Shown in pieces: positions 61,270-64,000 of a stretch of DNA of 64,000 nucleotides. The number at the start of each line of letters is the position of its first letter. Position 1 is the first letter of the stretch. The stretch spans positions 5,952,001 to 6,016,000 of the forward strand of contig NC_134025.1 of assembly GCF_964204645.1 (NCBI RefSeq). Reading direction: 5' to 3'. The notes below the pieces were generated by a model that worked only from the letters and a program-made list of their open reading frames with translations, had not been told where the DNA came from and searched no databases. The position numbers and the translations under genes were made by a program. This stretch comes from Tubulanus polymorphus. Taxonomy: Eukaryota > Animalia > Nemertea.

Positions 61270-62972
61270 CAGCAAACGTCGAAATTCGACAGAGAAATCG
61301 GCCCTGAAAAACAAAACGGGTTAATTGCTGAAAAATAGAACGGATTAATGAACACGGAACAGTACAGGACAGCACGGAGACAAACAGTAACACATAAAAC
61401 ATAAAGACGTCGTTCCTCAGGAAGCAGGAACAGGAGCAGGAGCGGGAGCGCAGCGAAAATCGCCAGGAGGAGAATCCACGGTAGCATGTTCACAGTGTGA
61501 GTAAGCTGAGGTGAATGGTCTTGCTTGTGTACACCGTGGTCAGCCGGTGACGTATTCAATAGCGCGTGTCAGAATGATATCAACAACTCTGAAAACCCGC
61601 AATTGTGTCTCTATTGTTGAATGGATTTACATTATGAGGTTCCACCGCCGGGTTGAATACGCGCCAGTAGTCAGCTGAACAATATAGTGGAGGAACTTTA
61701 TTAAGGCCATGAAATAAATTACTTGATTCCCAACAGCTACTTCCGAATTTATAAGCATCCGCCTGTTTTTTTTTCTTAAATTCTAGAATAATTTATAAAT
61801 TATACCGACCGATAGCACTTCCAGTACAGATTCACACCAACACAGGTCTTCCTATCATAGAAACCGCGTAAACATTTACTAATGAAATTAGTTTATTAGT
61901 CACGGACAGTTCATGCACCCCGAGATAACTACCTCACATGCACGAGGAAAGCGGTCTATTTGAGTCATTGGGGGAAAACCCACTAATACCATGTATTCAC
62001 GATTATTCATCATTCATACTGTTATCACAGAATCCCGTCAATAGACAGATTTTCATTAAAAAAAACTCCTCGATGCAATTGACGGGAGATATATGAGGCA
62101 TTTTTAATTACTTGAAGCCAGAAAATGAACGATCATGAAATGCGGCTTGAAGGTGAACTTTTTTGGGCGCGAAAAAATTGGACAAAACGAACGTAAAGTC
62201 AAAGACACATGCTAACATTTAATATGATAGAAAACCATTCAATAAACATGTGAAGGGGCAACGGGTTGTTAATTTTCGGGTTTTAGGATCGCTAGCCCTG
62301 TTACGTTAGAGATTGTACTGAATGTCTCAATGCGTCAATATTCCCTGATACGCTACAAAAGCGGTCGTCACCGTAATAACGACCTACATATGTATCTACG
62401 GAGGTCAATCGCTGAGTGCTGGTACTTAAGTAATTAAAAACTAATTAAAAATTAAGTAATTTTAATTACTTTGAACTTTCAAGTCGTGGAGTCTCTTTTC
62501 TCTCATGGACCCCTTTCGGTGAGGCCAGTGAACCCCGACCGCCACCACCCCGCCTACCGCCAGGCTTTCTCAATGTACTCCTCTATACAAATTCATAAAA
62601 ATTAACCCCATGATATTTTGTGAATATTCTTTGTAAATATTCTGAAAATTATACAAAATCATTTTGTTATCCTTAATTCACGTATTTAAACTACCAGTGC
62701 GACGCGGCCCGCGAGTATTGACGAAATACGTCCGTGACCATCATTTTCGTTGCCGCGATTTAGCCAATGCCCATGTGTCCCGGATGTAAACTACACTTTT
62801 TGAGAAGGACGTATGGAATACCTCAAGGGCCATACGACTTATGAGTTACGTTTTACGAGTTACGATTTACGTTTTACGAGTTAATATGTCAAAGTCGAAA
62901 CTTGGTGAAGCGCACAGCCAGAGTTTTATCGATTTAAATAGAGGCGAGTGCCCTTTCGGCAACTTATATAGA

Positions 62973-63520
62973 ATTCTACGTTGTAAAAAACATAGGTTTT
63001 GCGGGGGGGCACGTGTTCGGTGTGGTCCGTGGCCAAAGAAAATCACCCAAAATGTCGAAGATCTATTCAAGCGAAGATTCGCCGTGATCAAATACATGTA
63101 TAGAAAAGGAATTCCTTTTTGCGAAAAAAAACATGCTTTGAGAGTGTTGATTACAAATTGATAAGCCTTGTTTGTTTTATCTTTCATACCAGAATAAATC
63201 TTTCTGTATCGTCAGATATCTTCTACGAACGGCTTTAACAGTTATGTTTTACACAAGAAATTTGTTTCCAAGTTCTACATTGTAAAGAATGTAGGTTTTG
63301 CTGAAGGAAGGCACCCGGTGGCGTGACCAAAAAAAATCACCCAACATATGATAGACTCGAGCGAATAAAGGGACCCGTGATTAAAGAAGAAAAAAAAAAT
63401 CATTTTCTGCGAAAAACAACGTGGGAGTTTGGGGATGTTGATTACATATTGAGAGCCTATTGTTTTATCGATTATACGAGAATAAATTTTTCTGTAGTTA
63501 AAAAACGTCAGATTTCTACA
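62973..63520. repeat. Two diverged ~300-bp-period direct repeats in TE-like sequence
   Basis: ttctac.ttgtaaa..taggttttgc ... aaaatcacccaa ... ttgattaca.attga ... agaataaat ... cgtcagat at 62973-63226 and 63273-63520. Confidence 0.75.
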
Positions 63521-64000
63521 TTAAATCTCATGGCTTCAATAGTTTTATACGTTTTACACTAAAGATTTGTTCCTAAGTATTACAACGGGTTGCATGGGTA
63601 CGGAATTAATGGAACAACGGTATTTTAAATACGGATTAATAGCGAATTTTACTCGAAACGGAAAAGGGGATAACGTTTGAAAAACGGGAGTAAAAAACAC
63701 ATAAAGATACGATATGTTAAAAAACGAACGGCATTTTACTCCCAAGGATTGGCAAAATTTTTAGTTAATTATTCAGTTCTTGTGTGTGGGGCGGGTCGGT
63801 CATTTTGTAACACGCGGACCGCGCGCGCGCGCGTTATTCTCCGGGACTCGACCCTTAGTGATGCTGTGAAACCGGCGCGCTTGTTATTCTAAAAAATTCG
63901 ACCCGTTGCTAAGGGACTGTGCTTTTTGTGGGATTCGAATCCAGTCTTCCAATCGGTTTCTACGGAGAAATACGAACTAAAAATAACATTTTTTGACAAT

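Noticed and set aside
60040-61707. 13-bp inverted match (GCCTCAATAAAGT / ACTTTATTAAGGC) as TIRs enclosing the hairpin island
   Set aside because: Short, AT-rich, one mismatch and no TSD seen; could be chance. Worth revisiting only if the island is multicopy.
63925-63950. GGATTCGAATCC B-box-like motif
   Set aside because: No surrounding cloverleaf or A-box; at the window edge in TE-like sequence.

Overview
AT-rich eukaryotic genomic DNA with GT-AG introns, from an invertebrate animal by inference from the proteins; the taxon cannot be fixed from this window. I assembled four protein-coding genes by hand. (1) A 13-exon R7-family RGS gene (RGS6/7/EGL-10 type; DEP-DHEX-GGL-RGS) on + at 10861-21882, with three candidate alternative C-termini out to 28932; its usual first coding exon was not found. 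(2) The actin N-acetyltransferase NAA80 (5 coding exons, -). (3) An atlastin with an intronless CDS (-). (4) A calmodulin paralog with an almost canonical N-lobe and a divergent C-lobe (4 coding exons, -). The rest is introns, probable long UTRs, a ~870-bp (TA)n tract, MITE-like elements and local duplications. The most unusual items are a diverged ~185-bp inverted repeat at 60.5-61.3 kb whose differences mostly keep G-U pairing on the - strand (candidate hairpin-RNA locus), a foldback element built from 76-bp B-box-containing units, a stack of three tiny CAT...ATG hairpin elements with an empty paralogous site in the window, and a TIR element with a 12-bp target duplication. All calls are by eye; no database searches were run.
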